Source: Chiloscyllium plagiosum
Taxonomy: Eukaryota
Assembly (NCBI RefSeq): GCF_004010195.1
Contig: NC_057757.1
Location: 597,996-635,149 of the forward strand
Direction of reading: 5' to 3'
Length of the DNA: 37,154 nucleotides
Shown here piece after piece: positions 34,559 to 37,154 of this stretch. The translations under genes and the position numbers were made by a program. The notes beneath the pieces were generated by a model. That model was not told the DNA's origin and searched no databases. It saw only the letters and a list, made by a program, of their open reading frames with translations. How positions within the stretch are numbered: position 1 is the first letter of the stretch; every line of letters begins with the position of its first letter.

Positions 34559-35227
34559 TGTTATGAAGGTATAGAAGTGTACTGTACCTTTAAGAGAGTG
34601 AAGGACTTAGAGAGACACACAAGAGTGCTGGCGAAGTTACATTGTAACATTTGGTCCAGCAGCTAGAGTAGCTGGTTGCCTGGATACAAAAACAAATCAA
34701 ATTTGGCAATCAGTTTAAATTATATCCCAAAAAATACAGACTCCAAACAATTGAGTATATTGACAATATTAAAAGCCAATGAAACAATCCAATGCTTTGT
34801 GGTATAAGACTGGGAAAAACTGAACAGTCGAGAGGAGAACTGCCAAGCCACCAGCATGTACAGACTGCCCAAAACACAGCTCTCTTAAAGGTACCTTAAC
34901 TATCGATGACCTATGGAACAGAAATCCTGAAGGAGAAGAAACTCTACAGAGGAAGATACGAAGGGAAGATTTGATAGCTGCCTGGCTTTGAAATTTGAAT
35001 TTTGGTAAATCTTACCTGGAGGTTTATCGGACTAGTATTACAGAAGGGAAAGTAAAAGGTAGGTTAGAGGAAAGAGTTGTAAATAGTTGTTGTTCTTTGT
35101 AATACTTTAAGACATAAAGTTGTCAATTTTTACTTTAAATAGTTCTTGGCCTCTCGAATTGTCACAGATGAATCTTATCTGTGTTGCTGGTTTAAATTAA
35201 GCAGGAGGGTTTACCCATGTCATAACA
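34559..35227 (+). mobile_element. Solo LTR (669 bp)
   Basis: TGTTATGA...TCATAACA termini; 5-bp TSD acgat at 34554-34558 and 35228-35232; internal CCAAT x2 and TATA (~34803) suggest + orientation. Confidence 0.85.
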
Positions 35228-35643
35228 ACGATGGAAAGATTTCTATGACCTGATGGGTGACCAGTTCTCAGCCTGTTCACTCCCTTGCACTGTAAACGGC
35301 ACAGTTGGCATGCTGATGCTTGCTTTGACCAGGAGAGACTTTCCACACTAACATTTATGGGACAGGGTGCCAATGTTGGAGCAGAGCAACACGTAGCGGG
35401 ACATTTTGAAGAAGGGCATTTGCCAGTAGTTGTCCAGGCAGCAGAACCTGACTACTTTCATCATTTGAGCAATTTAACATCAAAATGTAGACGAGGATAG
35501 GCTGTGAGGAAAGTTGAAGGGCTGCAAGAGGTTATAACTCGGAATGATGCTACCCCCTTCACTGTCAGTACTGAGGATGTGCCAGATTGTCAGACAGGCT
35601 GTACCAATTAATTGGATTATTCTCATGTTTTTCATAAGTCCTT

Positions 35644-35950
35644 GTGGCTCTGTGGTTAGCACTGCTGCCTCACAGCACGACAGACCCAGGTTCAATTCCA
35701 GCCTTGGGTGACTGCCAGTGTAGTGTTTGGATGTTCTCCCCATATCTGTGTAGGTGTCCTGCAGATGCTCCGGTTTCCTCCCACAGACCAAAGATGGATT
35801 GGCTGTGCTAAACTGCTCGTAGTGTCTGAGGATGTGCAGGCTACGTGGATTAGCCATGGGAAATGCAGGGTCATAGGGAGTGGGGTGGTGTTGGGATGCT
35901 CTTCATAGGGTCAGAATGGGCCTAATGGCCTACTTCCATTCTATGATAAT
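35644..35950 (+). mobile_element. tRNA-derived SINE (HE1-like)
   Basis: tggctctgtggttagcactgctgcctcacagc..ggttcaattcc; same family as 16627-16940. Confidence 0.85.
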
Positions 35951-36921
35951 CTGGTCTCATTTCCCACCCCAGCTCCAAACCTACCCTGTGGCCAGTTGAG
36001 AACGAAATTGGATTGTAAGTGATATGGGTGCTCCTCACAAACCTACTACTGTTAATGCAATTTAGCTTTATGATTCTCTTCAACATCTCTGGGCTGATTA
36101 AATCGCTTTGTAAAAAGCATTTGTTAACTGAGGGCCGGCAAATAAACAGGAAATGTCTCCTGTTTCCTGAATAAATAACCAAGGTAACTATGCCACTGAA
36201 ATCTTGGGTAATGACAAGGCACTGTTCGCAGCTCTGAAGCTCACTGCAGCAGGATGGAATAGATTGCTGCCTGACTATCTACCATGTGAAGATTGGGTAG
36301 ACATGGAACCAAAGACTGGGGCACTGAATTTGATTTATTATTGCCACATGTACCAAGATACAGTGAAAAGTATTGTTTTGTGTGCTTACCAGACAAACCA
36401 TACCTTACACAAGAATAATAGAACAGAATGCAGAATATAGTGTTATAGCTACAGAGACGGTGCAGACAAAGACCTACCCTAATATCTGTGAGGTCCATTC
36501 TTGGACACTTACAAGTGAATGTCAGGTGACAGATGAATTCACTACTTAGAAACTGGCTGTTTTGAACAGATAAGGAGCTGTTAACTGGAGGGCTGTTATT
36601 GATGCTCTGGTATTAAGTACATTCCTGAGTGAGATTGATTCAACATTTCCATGCTAAATTTGAAGAGTAGAACAGGAAATGGAAATTGGGGTCGATTATA
36701 TGCCTACTGCCCCAATTACATTAAAGGCAGGTCGCCATTCAGTCTCTGGAGCATTGTCCAGCATTCATAGAGTCACACAGCACGGAAACAGCTTTAGTCC
36801 AACCAGTCCGTGATAACTATATCCCACTTGACTGCGCTTGGCCCATATCAATCCAAATCTTTCCTATTCAAGTGGACTCAGACCTTTGGCTTCATCGTGG
36901 ACAGGGAAACAGATAACCAGT

Positions 36922-37154
36922 GAACATAGAACATAGAACAATACAGCGCAGTACAGGCCCTTTGGCCCTCGATGTTGCGCCGATCCAAGCCCACCTAACC
37001 TATACTAACCCACTATCCTCCATATACCTATCCAATGCCCGCTTAAATGCCCATAAAGAGGGAGAGTCCACCACTGCTACTGGCAGGGCATTCCATGAAC
37101 TTACGACTCGCTGAGTGAAGAACCTACCCCTAACTTCAGTCCTATATCAACCCC
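36922..37154 (-). mobile_element. Young CR1 LINE 3' end with (catagaa)n tail, running off the window end
   Basis: gaacatagaacatagaacaatacagcgcagtacaggccc; CpGs preserved. Confidence 0.8.

Overview
Eukaryotic (vertebrate) genomic DNA, most likely from a shark or other elasmobranch; this is inferred from HE1-type tRNA-SINEs, abundant CR1 LINEs and Penelope-like elements (PLEs). Two spliced genes lie on the + strand. The first is the last three coding exons of SENP3 (410-493, 4666-4716, 9060-9170). The second is a complete 11-exon eIF4A gene (CDS 22318-29463, 408 aa) with a CpG-island promoter (CCAAT/GC/TATA/TOP-like); SENP3 synteny makes it EIF4A1. Its introns carry two SNORA48 copies, SNORA81-like and SNORA4-like RNAs (hosted by EIF4A2 in mammals) and an unassigned H/ACA candidate. 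The rest is mostly repeats: minisatellites, nested CR1/PLE insertions with target-site duplications (TSDs), short palindromic PLE-derived elements with minimal hammerhead ribozyme cores, SINEs, a MITE and a solo LTR. There is one assembly gap (7567-8240). Comparisons with human protein, snoRNA and rRNA sequences are from memory and need database confirmation. Most entries in the ORF track are spurious or transposon fragments.
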